DNA from: Candidatus Latescibacterota bacterium
GTDB taxonomy: Bacteria > Latescibacterota > UBA2968
Direction: 5' to 3'
DNA: 64,000 nt
Assembly: GCA_965204375.1 (NCBI GenBank)
Contig: OZ241986.1
Coordinates: 608,001-672,000 of the forward strand
Made by a program: the position numbers and the translations under genes. The notes under the pieces were generated by a model that ran no database searches, was not told the origin of the DNA, and saw only the letters and a program-made list of their open reading frames with translations. Positions 41,775-51,307 of the stretch are shown here, one piece after another. The stretch's first letter is position 1. Each line of letters starts with the position of its first letter.

Positions 41775-43603
41775 GAGATGCAGATCGCAGCCTATTTCCC
41801 AGCAGCTACACCATACGAGCTCTTCGAGATAGTAGGTATCATAACACCGCGTATGCCATAGCAGAACTCATAGATAACTCAATAGAGGCAGATGCCGAAC
41901 AGATTGATCTCCTTTGCTTGGAACGCTCGCAGCGGGTAGGGTCTCAGACCCGGTGGCGAGTGTCTGAAGTGGCTGTCTTGGACAATGGTTCAGGAATGAG
42001 CGTGAAGACCCTCTTTGACGCTCTTAAGTTTGGAGGAGGAACCCGGCATAACTCAAATAGGGGAATTGGAAAATACGGCATGGGACTCCCAACTTCGTCA
42101 ATGTCGCAATGCAAAAGGGTGGATGTATGGACCTGGCAAGACGGTATTGATTCAGCGTGGCACTCCAGCATCGACGCCGACGATATTGAGCAAGGTAATC
42201 ATGAGGTTCCCATTCCTGATCAAGACACATCTATACCGGAGGTGTGGAAAACGGCCGGCAGTGACAAAATCTATGAAAGCCTCTCAGGGACTCTTGTAGT
42301 GTGGAGCAAACTGGACAAAATGCAATGGAAAACCGGCCGTACAATTATCGACAACGTTTCCAGAGAGGTAGGGCGCATCCACCGGTACTGGATTGATGCG
42401 GAGATGACAAGAATACGAGTTGGTTCTTTCCACTCTAACCGCCCTGGCGAAATTGAGAATGAAGGGTATATTGTCTCAAATGATCCTCTCTACCTGATAA
42501 AACCTTCGTCTACTCCTGTGCCTTGGAACAACGAACCGATGTTTAGCGAATGGGCTAAGAAAGAGTATCCCCTTACTGCGGAGGGTAAAGAGATCACTAT
42601 TGAGGTGAAGTATTCAATTGTGAGGCCCGAGGCCCTAAAAACAGATAGTGTTAGACAGTATCCAGGCAGCACTGATTATGGCAAGCACGCCAGACATAAC
42701 ATTGGTGTCTCAGTCATTCGGGAGGATAGGGAGATCGTTCTTGAGGACGCCTTTCTCAGAGAGGGGGGTAGTGATGAAAATCCCCTGAACCGCTGGTGGG
42801 GTTGTGAAGTGCATTTCCGTCGAAGTTGCGATGAGTTGTTTGGCGTGGATCACAACAAGCAGATGGCTGCGAACTTCACGCATGCTGCAAAGACGCTCGC
42901 GCGTGATGATCGCCCCAATCAGGTCATACTAGACGAGATGGGAATTGACGATGACATCATCTACAAAATCGTAGGAGATATCCGTGATCAAACGCGTGCC
43001 ATGATGCGTCAAATCGCACAGATGTTTGCACAACGGAGGGACTCACAGAATGGGGGTGGCAGTAGAAGCCCAGAAATTAAGGCTGTAGAGACTGCCACTG
43101 ATGCAGACCGAGACGCTATAACGGCCGGTATAGAGACACCAACCGGCACTGATAAAGACCGTGAGCAAATTCCATCCGAAGAGCGAGAAGCCGGTCTTAC
43201 GGAACAGTTCATTGAATCTGGTCAGGACGGTCAGGAAGCCCAAAAACTCGCAAAGATGCTGGTAGAGCAAGGTCTCTCATATCAATTCAATCCAGCTCAA
43301 CTTGACGGATATCAGATGTTTAATGTGCGCTCGAATCAAGGAGTCCTGCATATCAATCTTAATACTGACCATCCAATCTACAATCTGCTCAAGCATATCG
43401 AAGGTCGTCTTGACGAAAATATTGACGAGAGCCATCCTTTATTTGAGGCCAGTGTCGCTATCCGATTATTACTGTCGTCATGGGCACGAATGGAAGACCA
43501 GACCGAATCACGGGAAGAACGAATGCATATCCAAAACATCAGTATGAATTGGGGGCGCCAAGTAGATAAGGTCATCAATCAACTGCGTGATAGGGACGAA
43601 TAA
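41750..43603 (+). CDS. GHKL ATPase, MORC/HATPase_c_3-like
   Basis: AELIDNS, DNGSGM, GKYGMG, GTLV; GGAGG RBS. Confidence 0.9.
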   Translation: MVEQLNDLRDADRSLFPSSYTIRALRDSRYHNTAYAIAELIDNSIEADAEQIDLLCLERSQRVGSQTRWRVSEVAVLDNGSGMSVKTLFDALKFGGGTRHNSNRGIGKYGMGLPTSSMSQCKRVDVWTWQDGIDSAWHSSIDADDIEQGNHEVPIPDQDTSIPEVWKTAGSDKIYESLSGTLVVWSKLDKMQWKTGRTIIDNVSREVGRIHRYWIDAEMTRIRVGSFHSNRPGEIENEGYIVSNDPLYLIKPSSTPVPWNNEPMFSEWAKKEYPLTAEGKEITIEVKYSIVRPEALKTDSVRQYPGSTDYGKHARHNIGVSVIREDREIVLEDAFLREGGSDENPLNRWWGCEVHFRRSCDELFGVDHNKQMAANFTHAAKTLARDDRPNQVILDEMGIDDDIIYKIVGDIRDQTRAMMRQIAQMFAQRRDSQNGGGSRSPEIKAVETATDADRDAITAGIETPTGTDKDREQIPSEEREAGLTEQFIESGQDGQEAQKLAKMLVEQGLSYQFNPAQLDGYQMFNVRSNQGVLHINLNTDHPIYNLLKHIEGRLDENIDESHPLFEASVAIRLLLSSWARMEDQTESREERMHIQNISMNWGRQVDKVINQLRDRDE

Positions 43604-43605
43604 AT

Positions 43606-44460
43606 ATGTCTATTGGGCCAGGAGATTTGTTGAGCCAGCTCTGTTCAGATGCTCAGGATCTCATCTTGGCGGCACCCTACATCAAGGCTGATGCACTTAC
43701 CAGAGTTCTGACAGATGTTAGTCCGGCTGCGTCCCTCATCTGTATCACAAGGTGGAATTTGCACGACCTCGCTGTGGGGGCGTCCGATACTGAATGTCGC
43801 ACTATTGTCACTGAGCGTGGTGGCTCATTCAGGCTCCATCCCTCACTTCATGCCAAATACTACCGAGTAGATGATATAGTCCTCATCGGATCTGCTAACC
43901 TGACATCGTCCGCAATGGGCTGGTCGCGCCAGCCTAACTTGGAGATCCTTTGTCGTCCAGGAGACAACTTTGATGCATACGCCTTTCAGCAGGGACTTCT
44001 GGAAGGATCGAGAGAAATAGGCAATGACGAATTCGCACGTTGGGAATCCATAACTGAAATCAGTACGCAGAGTAACAGCGTAATTACTGACGACCAACCT
44101 CAGCTTGACAACTGGCGACCAGCGACTCGTGATTTTAGGAATTTAGAACTCTCATATCAAGACAGAGAAGATGAGATAGCTTCATTCGACGAGCAACGAG
44201 CGGCGCAGCACGACATCCAAGCTCTCCGAATCCCTCCAGGATTGACCGATGAGCAGGTCCGAATGTGGGCATCGGCTTGTTTACTTGCCGCTCCCTTCAC
44301 TAACACCGTGATAGGATTGTATAACATGGAAGTCCCAAGAGCATCTCGCTCAATTGCTGAGACCTATAACCTTGATGTTACTGAGGCAAGAAGAGCCATG
44401 GAAACGGCACAGAACTGGCTCGCATTCCTCACCCCTGAGACATTATTCAGAAATCCTTAA
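43606..44460 (+). CDS. Phospholipase D-family putative nuclease
   Basis: APYIK, single HKD-type motif LHAKYY...IGSANLT...NLE. Confidence 0.85.
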   Translation: MSIGPGDLLSQLCSDAQDLILAAPYIKADALTRVLTDVSPAASLICITRWNLHDLAVGASDTECRTIVTERGGSFRLHPSLHAKYYRVDDIVLIGSANLTSSAMGWSRQPNLEILCRPGDNFDAYAFQQGLLEGSREIGNDEFARWESITEISTQSNSVITDDQPQLDNWRPATRDFRNLELSYQDREDEIASFDEQRAAQHDIQALRIPPGLTDEQVRMWASACLLAAPFTNTVIGLYNMEVPRASRSIAETYNLDVTEARRAMETAQNWLAFLTPETLFRNP

Positions 44461-44590
44461 ATTGGATGAAATAGGTGGAGTGTTTAGGACTTACTCCTAC
44501 TTCTCGGAGATATTGGCAAAAATTGCGGATCACCTCGAGTACACAACAAAAGCCCGTCGATCATCACCGATTGACGGGCTTTCTTTTACA

Positions 44591-45091
44591 ATGAAGCAGA
44601 TAGATCAAGTTCAGCGAGAAGATATTTTTGGCTCCCCAACTGATTCATTTACTGAATCTTTCTGTGTGTGGGATCATTTCCCCATCCATCACTTCCGCAG
44701 GAACAAGAAGCCTATTATCGCAATCGGACATGAGCCACAAAAACAATTGGTTCCCCAAAAACTACACCATCCCAATTATCTCAAAAAAGCCTTGTATTAT
44801 CACGAGATTCTTGAAAAGGGCTATGTTCAGTCTCAGACTGCACTTGCCGAACAGGTGGGCATTTCGAGAACCAAAACTCGCTTGATTCTACGGTTGCCCA
44901 AACTGGATAAAAAAATTAAAGATTTTATTCTGAAGATAGATGACTCAGACCCTAAATTGGATTTCCTATCTGTATATCGGTTGCAGCCATTACTCCAGGT
45001 TAAAAACAAAGAGAGACAGAGAAGGGAATTTTGGCAAATGATTGAGGAGCAATATCCAGACCAAAGTGCCTGTGAGCAGGTGGCAGACTGA
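44591..45091 (+). CDS. Recombinase-associated HTH protein within direct-repeat copy 2; start uncertain
   Basis: KALYYHEILEKG..SQTALAEQVGISRTKTRLILRL. Confidence 0.5.
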   Translation: MKQIDQVQREDIFGSPTDSFTESFCVWDHFPIHHFRRNKKPIIAIGHEPQKQLVPQKLHHPNYLKKALYYHEILEKGYVQSQTALAEQVGISRTKTRLILRLPKLDKKIKDFILKIDDSDPKLDFLSVYRLQPLLQVKNKERQRREFWQMIEEQYPDQSACEQVAD

Positions 45092-45254
45092 ATTGGCAAA
45101 ATTGATCGGATCAAAACAGTCCGTAATTGCACAACTCGAAGATGCGGATTATGAAGGGCATTCTCTTACGATGCTTCAAAGAATCGCGATTGCATTGAAT
45201 CAAAGGATTGAGATTAATTTCGTACCAGTGCAAGGGCAACAAGAGGTTGTTTAA
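45084..45254 (+). pseudogene. XRE HTH antitoxin C-terminal fragment
   Basis: QTELAKLIGSKQSVIAQLEDADYEGHSLTMLQRIA. Confidence 0.6.
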
Positions 45255-45366
45255 CAGTAGCGGGCTGAATAGCGGAATCTGTCCACAGAAACGGAGTAAT
45301 TCCAATGTTGAAACTTTTAAACCTTTATAAGAGTCAATTAATGTTAGAACAGTTAAATAAAATGGG

Positions 45367-45395
45367 TTGACGCCTTTAAGTCGTGGGTGTATATT
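45367..45395 (+). promoter_or_regulatory. Sigma70-type promoter
   Basis: TTGACG-17 nt-TATATT. Confidence 0.6.
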
Positions 45396-45448
45396 GAGTT
45401 AGAAAAGGTGAGCTAATTTTCTAATTCTGCACGACAATAAGGCATTAG

Positions 45449-46471
45449 ATGACAACCATTGTTACGTTTGCAACGAAAGACGTTATTGTAATGGGCAGTG
45501 ATAGTCTCGGCACTGCCAGTCGTCCCGTAATTGATCCTGTCAAGCTATATTCGCATTTTGACAAAGAGGGCAATTTAAAAACTGACTTGAAAAATTTCAA
45601 TTTTTGGAAGGACGTTTATTCAGACCGAGAAGAAGTCCCTTATAGCCACATGGCACACATGGATAAACTTTTTCGACTACGTGATAATATTGGAGTTTTG
45701 ACTGCTGGCATTGTAAGCATTGGCAACGTGACGATAAAAAGCATCATCCGCGAGGTAGCTACAACAGGAGTCAGTGGGTGTGAGGAAGTGGTTGAAAAAT
45801 TAATTGACAAAATCAGACCACATTACGAAAAACAATATTCTGAATCACACCATAAACCAAACATTGAGCTTATGGTTGCAGGGTGGGATAACAGCGACCT
45901 GACCAAGCCCCAAATTTATCGGATAAAATTTCCTTATCTGCTAACGGAGTCGTTTGATGATCCCGATGACGCACTGCCAGAAAACAGGTTAGAACTGAGG
46001 CAGGAATATGGTATATATTTTGGTGGACAATTCCGAGAAATAGCACGCCTTGTACACGGCACAGACGTTGAAAATATGCGCGAAATCCAAACCCGCCATA
46101 TAGACCTTTTAAAGCGTTTTGCTGGTGACATTAAAAAATTAAACCCTAAAAAAAAGATTAAAGTACCAGATTTATTAAAGGATGATTCTGGCAGGTTTGA
46201 TATGTTTGGCCCCATAGACCCTGACAATCCCAAAAGTAGAGATTGGCAGCTTAGTGGTCTTGAGGCTACTTGTGGTGACTTTTCTGACCAAAACGCCATA
46301 AACTGTGTATACTGGCTTATTGATCTTATGATCAAAGTTCAAGAATTTGGGGATACTATGCCCACAGTCGGGGGAGATATTCACATCGCAATCATCGACA
46401 AAAAGACAGGATTTAAATTTCTTTCTCAGGAGTCCTATAATCTTCAAGGCCACAAGACACCTAAAATTTAA
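45449..46471 (+). CDS. Proteasome-beta-like Ntn hydrolase
   Basis: M-TTIVTF...VMGSDS, DKLF, ELMVAGW, C-terminal TVGGDIHIAII. Confidence 0.75.
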   Translation: MTTIVTFATKDVIVMGSDSLGTASRPVIDPVKLYSHFDKEGNLKTDLKNFNFWKDVYSDREEVPYSHMAHMDKLFRLRDNIGVLTAGIVSIGNVTIKSIIREVATTGVSGCEEVVEKLIDKIRPHYEKQYSESHHKPNIELMVAGWDNSDLTKPQIYRIKFPYLLTESFDDPDDALPENRLELRQEYGIYFGGQFREIARLVHGTDVENMREIQTRHIDLLKRFAGDIKKLNPKKKIKVPDLLKDDSGRFDMFGPIDPDNPKSRDWQLSGLEATCGDFSDQNAINCVYWLIDLMIKVQEFGDTMPTVGGDIHIAIIDKKTGFKFLSQESYNLQGHKTPKI

Positions 46472-46483
46472 GGAGCTTTCCCC

Positions 46484-46681
46484 ATGACACCACAAAAAAG
46501 TCTGTATTCTAACTCGGATAAAGAGGCTGAGATCAAACGCCTTCCTTATCCTGATATGGGATTTCTTCCTGCTGTTGACTTGTATGCTCCTAGGGAAACT
46601 CGAAATCCCGAACTCACCGAAAAAGAAAAAGAAATATTTATTGCACAAGCCGAAGCCGAGGCAGCCAATTCTAAAGATTAA
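46484..46681 (+). CDS. Small hypothetical protein, probably co-transcribed with the Ntn hydrolase
   Basis: AAGGAG RBS; 12 bp after the upstream stop. Confidence 0.55.
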   Translation: MTPQKSLYSNSDKEAEIKRLPYPDMGFLPAVDLYAPRETRNPELTEKEKEIFIAQAEAEAANSKD

Positions 46682-46791
46682 CGAGACCACAAGGAAGCGG
46701 TTTCTCGCAGGTCTTGTTATCGTTGCCCTCGCTCTCCTAAAAGGGGATATTGACAAAAACAAATGATGTTTGGAACAGCTTTGCGCTTAAG

Positions 46792-46827
46792 AAAAAGCCC
46801 GAGTACGTGTGTGTACTCGGGCTTTTT
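46792..46827. terminator. Bidirectional terminator-like hairpin
   Basis: AAAAAGCCCGAGTAC-N6-GTACTCGGGCTTTTT. Confidence 0.75.
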
Positions 46828-47703
46828 CTATATCTTACTCTTTCAATCACTTACGCGAAATTGGGTCAATCAAGTATATAATTCCCGTTTTAACAGAGCA
46901 GGACAAAAATTATGCCAACTTTTCTAAATAGACTTGCTCCGTTTTGGTGGATAATAGCATAAATTGCCCATCACCTAATGCAAAACTGATAGTATTGGAA
47001 AAATAGCTGTTTGTGGCCTGGTTAAAAGCTCTGTAAACCTTATGTTTATTTCCATCAATACAGAATTCGGAATTCGGCAACAGCATCTAAAAGGGGGTAA
47101 CACCATTTTTCAGATCACCCTAAACCCGTCAGGTCCAGACGCTCTAGCGGGATAACAAAACGTACCGACAAAGCATTGTTGTACGCGGGCAGTCAGCGCA
47201 TTGCTTGATGCGATACCTGCCCCTTCTGGCAGTCGGCGTCCGATATAATGCCAAACCATTTGTTCTGCTTCAAAGCTGTCAAACAACTCATTGTTTTGGG
47301 CCACTGGATTGTCAGTTCTGCGACCGTTGTTTACAAGATATAATTTCAAACCCGACCTTTCCAAACAAGTAATGGGACTTGACCCGTTCCATTTGAGGGG
47401 ATAACAGTATATAGCATAAATTGCCCATCACCCATACAAAACTGATGGCACAGGATGATTGGGGTAAATCTTCTACACTGTCTGCTAAAAGAAGGGAGCT
47501 TCAGATCTAAAACAAAAGGTCGTAAGTGCCGTTATTTACAGCAAAAACTTACGGCCTTAAAAATTATTGTCGAGAATTTTCTTGCCATTGCCTGTGAGAG
47601 TAATAATCATGTAGTGGTTTTGGAAGGGGCACATTCGGAGAACAGAAGCCGACCTTGCTACCAGCTATGAAGGCGTGACTGTGAAAGAAAGAGAGGAACA
47701 TCT

Positions 47704-49104
47704 ATGGGAAAATTAAATGTGGAAAATAGGACATTGTTCACTTATGACAACCTGTCTGTGATGCAGGGCATTAACAGTGAAACGATTGATTTGATTTACC
47801 TGGATCCGCCGTTTAACTCAAAGCGTAATTATGCAGCTCCTATTGGATCACAAGCTGCGGGAGCTGCTTTCAAGGATACGTGGAATCTTGATGATATTAA
47901 GCGCGAATGGGTAGAGGAAATAGAGGCAGATAATAAAGCGACATGGGCATCAATAGTCTCTGCTGGTCATATAAGCGGTGAAAGTACACAAGCATATTTG
48001 ACGTATATGGCGATCAGACTTATCGAGATGCGCCGAATTTTGAAACCAACAGGCAGTATATATCTGCACTGTGATCCTACGGCAAGTCACTATCTGAAAC
48101 TTTTAACGGATGCCGTTTTTGGACAGCAAAATTTTCGAGCAGAAATTACGTGGCATCGTTCTGCGGAAAATTTGTCAAACAAAAAATGGCGACGGGCTTT
48201 TGAAACATTATTTTATTATTCAAAAGGGAAATCGTGGACTTGGAATCAAATTTTTGAGCCGCTCTCTGAACAGGTATTGACGAGAGATTATCGCTTCGAG
48301 GATGGGCGGGGACGCTACAAGACGACGGCTTGCACAAACAATGCACACCGCCCGAATATGTTTTATGAGTTTAATGGCAACACTCGACAATGGCGATATT
48401 CCAAAGAAACCATGATGAGATATGATCGGGAAGGCATGTTGGTCTATAACAAGGAGGGTATCCCCCGCCGTAAACTTTATCTTTCGGATGTTCAGGGGAC
48501 AAAACTGACTAATGTATGGTCAGATATAAAAGTCTTAGCCAGTAATGCAAAAGAGAAAACGGGGTACCCCACGCAGAAGCCCCTCGCTCTTTTAGAGCGC
48601 ATTATTGAAGCGTCGTCAAATCCGGGCGATATGGTACTCGATCCCTTCTGTGGTTGTGCTACAACCTGCATAGCTGCGGAGAAATTGGAGCGACAATGGG
48701 TTGGCATAGATATTGAGCCAGAAGCCCGCAATCTTGTTATTCAGCGATTGGAAAAAGAGATTGATGTAGATGCTCTTTTCAAGGCTGGTGGTGGCGCATT
48801 GCCCGATGTAATTCATAGAAAGACACCGCCTAAGCGTACAGAAAAAGATGCCCCCCGGCGATCTTCTAATATAAAAATGAAGTTATACAAGTTACAGGAG
48901 GGACGTTGTAATGCCCCATGTGGAGAGGATGAGCAAGGGCGGGCGTTCCCTATTGATATATTTGAGATTGACCATATACGCCCCAGGTCTAAAGGCGGTG
49001 CGGATGTTGATGAGAATTTACAGTTGTTGTGTCCCACTTGTAATGGGCGTAAAGGGAATCGTACGATGGGATATTTGTTGGATCTGTTAAGTCAAGAATC
49101 ATGA
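47704..49104 (+). CDS. N6/N4 DNA methyltransferase (beta order) fused to a C-terminal HNH domain
   Basis: YLDPPF, YPTQKP, DPFCGCAT; EIDHIRPRSKGG..NLQLLCPTCN. Confidence 0.92.
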   Translation: MGKLNVENRTLFTYDNLSVMQGINSETIDLIYLDPPFNSKRNYAAPIGSQAAGAAFKDTWNLDDIKREWVEEIEADNKATWASIVSAGHISGESTQAYLTYMAIRLIEMRRILKPTGSIYLHCDPTASHYLKLLTDAVFGQQNFRAEITWHRSAENLSNKKWRRAFETLFYYSKGKSWTWNQIFEPLSEQVLTRDYRFEDGRGRYKTTACTNNAHRPNMFYEFNGNTRQWRYSKETMMRYDREGMLVYNKEGIPRRKLYLSDVQGTKLTNVWSDIKVLASNAKEKTGYPTQKPLALLERIIEASSNPGDMVLDPFCGCATTCIAAEKLERQWVGIDIEPEARNLVIQRLEKEIDVDALFKAGGGALPDVIHRKTPPKRTEKDAPRRSSNIKMKLYKLQEGRCNAPCGEDEQGRAFPIDIFEIDHIRPRSKGGADVDENLQLLCPTCNGRKGNRTMGYLLDLLSQES

Positions 49105-49301
49105 ACGTTTAGCGAGATGAGATAATGGCAGGCAATGGACGGCACAAAGACGGGCGGTTTGCTAAAGGTCATGCAGACGTTATCTGGACACGACGTATTT
49201 GAAACAAAGTCACTGACCCCTATCACAGAATTTTTGGACTTGACCTGGGCGCAGAGACTTTCTCTGACAATGGTACTGTTAAAACGCATAAGGAGACACC
49301 T

Positions 49302-49532
49302 ATGATTTTACCACCAGAAAAATATCCCTTCGGATTAAAAATGGAGATGGCAATAAGCGAGGTTGAGAATCGCGTGAAATCTATGGAGGGATTGAAGTGG
49401 GAGCGCAATGACGTAAATACCATAACCATCTACGATGTGCCGTTTGAAATTCGCCGTCTTTGCGATCTAATTTGCAAGTTTAAATTGGACGGCAATCTCT
49501 ATGATATATATTACTATGAAGTTTCATCTTAA
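49302..49532 (+). CDS. Hypothetical protein
   Basis: AAGGAG RBS, 76 aa. Confidence 0.5.
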   Translation: MILPPEKYPFGLKMEMAISEVENRVKSMEGLKWERNDVNTITIYDVPFEIRRLCDLICKFKLDGNLYDIYYYEVSS

Positions 49533-49622
49533 CTCGTTTATCGCCTGCCCTGCGCCGATAGCTTATGAAAAACTGCATCAATCACAGGCTTGATACACAA
49601 GCCCTAAACTCTCCACCGAAGC

Positions 49623-49730
49623 GATGCTGTTGCCGAATTGGTCGAGAGGGGGTCTGTGGCCTGAATATAGGCTCTGTAAACCCTATGTTTAGTACGGCGA
49701 GACAGCAATTAGGAATTCGGCAACAGCATC
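49623..49730. mobile_element. MITE-A inserted in an IS3-like IR with exact 6-bp TSD
   Basis: TSD CGAAGC at 49617-49622 and 49731-49736. Confidence 0.9.
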
Positions 49731-49768
49731 CGAAGCGGGGTAACTCTATCTAAACACAGGAGGCGTCC

Positions 49769-50302
49769 ATGACGCCAGAAAAAAAAGAGAAACAGCGAGA
49801 AAGAGACAGCAAACTAGCCTATGGCACACCAGCTATGATTTTAGAACAAGCAAGGTCACTTCTTTGGGCTGCTCAACACATGCAGGGGTTATTACACGCT
49901 GCTGCTAATGCACCTAATCCAGACTCTTTCCAGTTGATTGGATGCTTCTTTTCTACCACAATGCTCCGGGCATTTGCCGCCGAGATCGCATTGAAGGGTT
50001 TATATCAAAAAATCATTGGCGAATACGCCGATCAAACTCATGACTTATCTGAATTGTTTGACTCATTGCCACAAACAGTACAAAATGATCTCGATGCACA
50101 GTTCAAGGCTGTGTGCAGAGTGAAACCTGGATATGACGGGCCGGATACCATAAAAGAAGTGCTATCTAACCACAAAGACGATTTTGTTACATTTAGATAT
50201 ATTCTTTTTAAACCGCCGCAAGCACCAAAAAAGGCAAATACCAAGCCCTTAGACCTTGAACCCGCGGTAGAAGCAATAATACAGATTGGAAGTATTATAT
50301 AA
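49769..50302 (+). CDS. HEPN-like protein
   Basis: AFAAEIALKGL, THDLSELF, FVTFRY; AGGAGG RBS. Confidence 0.6.
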   Translation: MTPEKKEKQRERDSKLAYGTPAMILEQARSLLWAAQHMQGLLHAAANAPNPDSFQLIGCFFSTTMLRAFAAEIALKGLYQKIIGEYADQTHDLSELFDSLPQTVQNDLDAQFKAVCRVKPGYDGPDTIKEVLSNHKDDFVTFRYILFKPPQAPKKANTKPLDLEPAVEAIIQIGSII

Positions 50303-50393
50303 ACACATTTACGCTCTGGGGATTATGTATCACAGTAGCATAAATCCCATGAGACAAGGCCGTGCAGAGAAGAGCGCGGCCTTTAGACAAAAA

Positions 50394-50519
50394 TTATTTT
50401 TTGGGTGGTGGCTTTGGTGGTGGCTTTGGTGGTGGTTTTGATGGCGGTTTTGATGGACGTGCAGGGCGCCCTCCTCTTTGTTCGTAATTGGACTTACCTC
50501 TATTACTCTGCTGTGGCAT
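50394..50519 (-). CDS. Small Pro/Lys-rich peptide (41 aa)
   Basis: MPQQSNRGKSNYEQRGGRPARPSKPPSKPPPKPPPKPPPKK; overlaps the stop of the SLATT-like gene; AGGAG upstream. Confidence 0.5.
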   Translation of the reverse strand: MPQQSNRGKSNYEQRGGRPARPSKPPSKPPPKPPPKPPPKK

Positions 50520-51054
50520 ATCTACTCCTTAGATATTCGGCGGCTTCGTCAAGGCACTTTTCGTTAAGTTTGTGATTTTCAGATATGTCTGAGAATCCTA
50601 TTGTGCTTGTTACAATAACCATAGTGTGAGACAACTCCCTGTCTTTGGCAATTATTTCTGCGTCTTCCATATCCATTGACCTCATATCGGCCCAGAGTTT
50701 TTCCCATTCACTTTCTAACAAACCGCAGTGGACGCTTATTGCATGCAAGATCGCAGACTTTCTTCCCCAATCAAGCACAAAATCTACAGCAAGGGTAGCA
50801 GCAAGAACGAGGCCAAAACCAAGTTGCCACCCGTAATCCAATGCGTTAATAAATGATACTACTCCAGCGGTTGCAGAAACAAATAGAAGAAACCGAACCC
50901 CAGTATGCCATTTGCGGTAGTTATCGGAAAGATAAGCATAATACCGAACCAACCTACAGGCATCAAACAAGTGTTCCCATACCTCCTGTTCTATATGTTC
51001 ACGGTTAGAGGGCGGCAATGGTGGTGAACCTGCTACAATCCCAGGAGTATCCAT
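50503..51054 (-). CDS. SLATT-like two-TM protein
   Basis: RYYAYLSDNYRKWH, two TM helices, then a helical C-terminus; GAGGAGG RBS. Confidence 0.55.
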   Translation of the reverse strand: MDTPGIVAGSPPLPPSNREHIEQEVWEHLFDACRLVRYYAYLSDNYRKWHTGVRFLLFVSATAGVVSFINALDYGWQLGFGLVLAATLAVDFVLDWGRKSAILHAISVHCGLLESEWEKLWADMRSMDMEDAEIIAKDRELSHTMVIVTSTIGFSDISENHKLNEKCLDEAAEYLRSRYATAE

Positions 51055-51069
51055 CTTATACCTCCTCTA

Positions 51070-51234
51070 TTATTTTTTGTTTTTATTACTTGATGCTTGC
51101 TTATTGCCCTCACTTCGCGTACTTTTTGATCCAGAAGATTTGTTTACCGGACGTGCTGGACGGGAGAGTGTTGTGCTATTCTCTCCTTTATCAATAAACG
51201 TAATGGTTTTTGTCTTCTCATTTTGTCCCATCAT
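51070..51234 (-). CDS. Small basic peptide (54 aa)
   Basis: AAGGAGG RBS; MMGQNEK...LSRPARPVNK...NKTKK. Confidence 0.5.
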   Translation of the reverse strand: MMGQNEKTKTITFIDKGENSTTLSRPARPVNKSSGSKSTRSEGNKQASSNKNKK

Positions 51235-51307
51235 TGAACCTCCTTAGAGTATAGACATCAATATAAGGTATTTTCATGGTCTTGTCGATCAGATTTCAGG
51301 GGGATGA

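Noticed and set aside
18786-49748. Recurring GAATTCGGCAACAGCATC repeats as a CRISPR array or integron attC sites
   Set aside because: Irregular kb-scale spacing, paired as TIRs with TSDs, no cas or integron integrase gene; explained as MITEs
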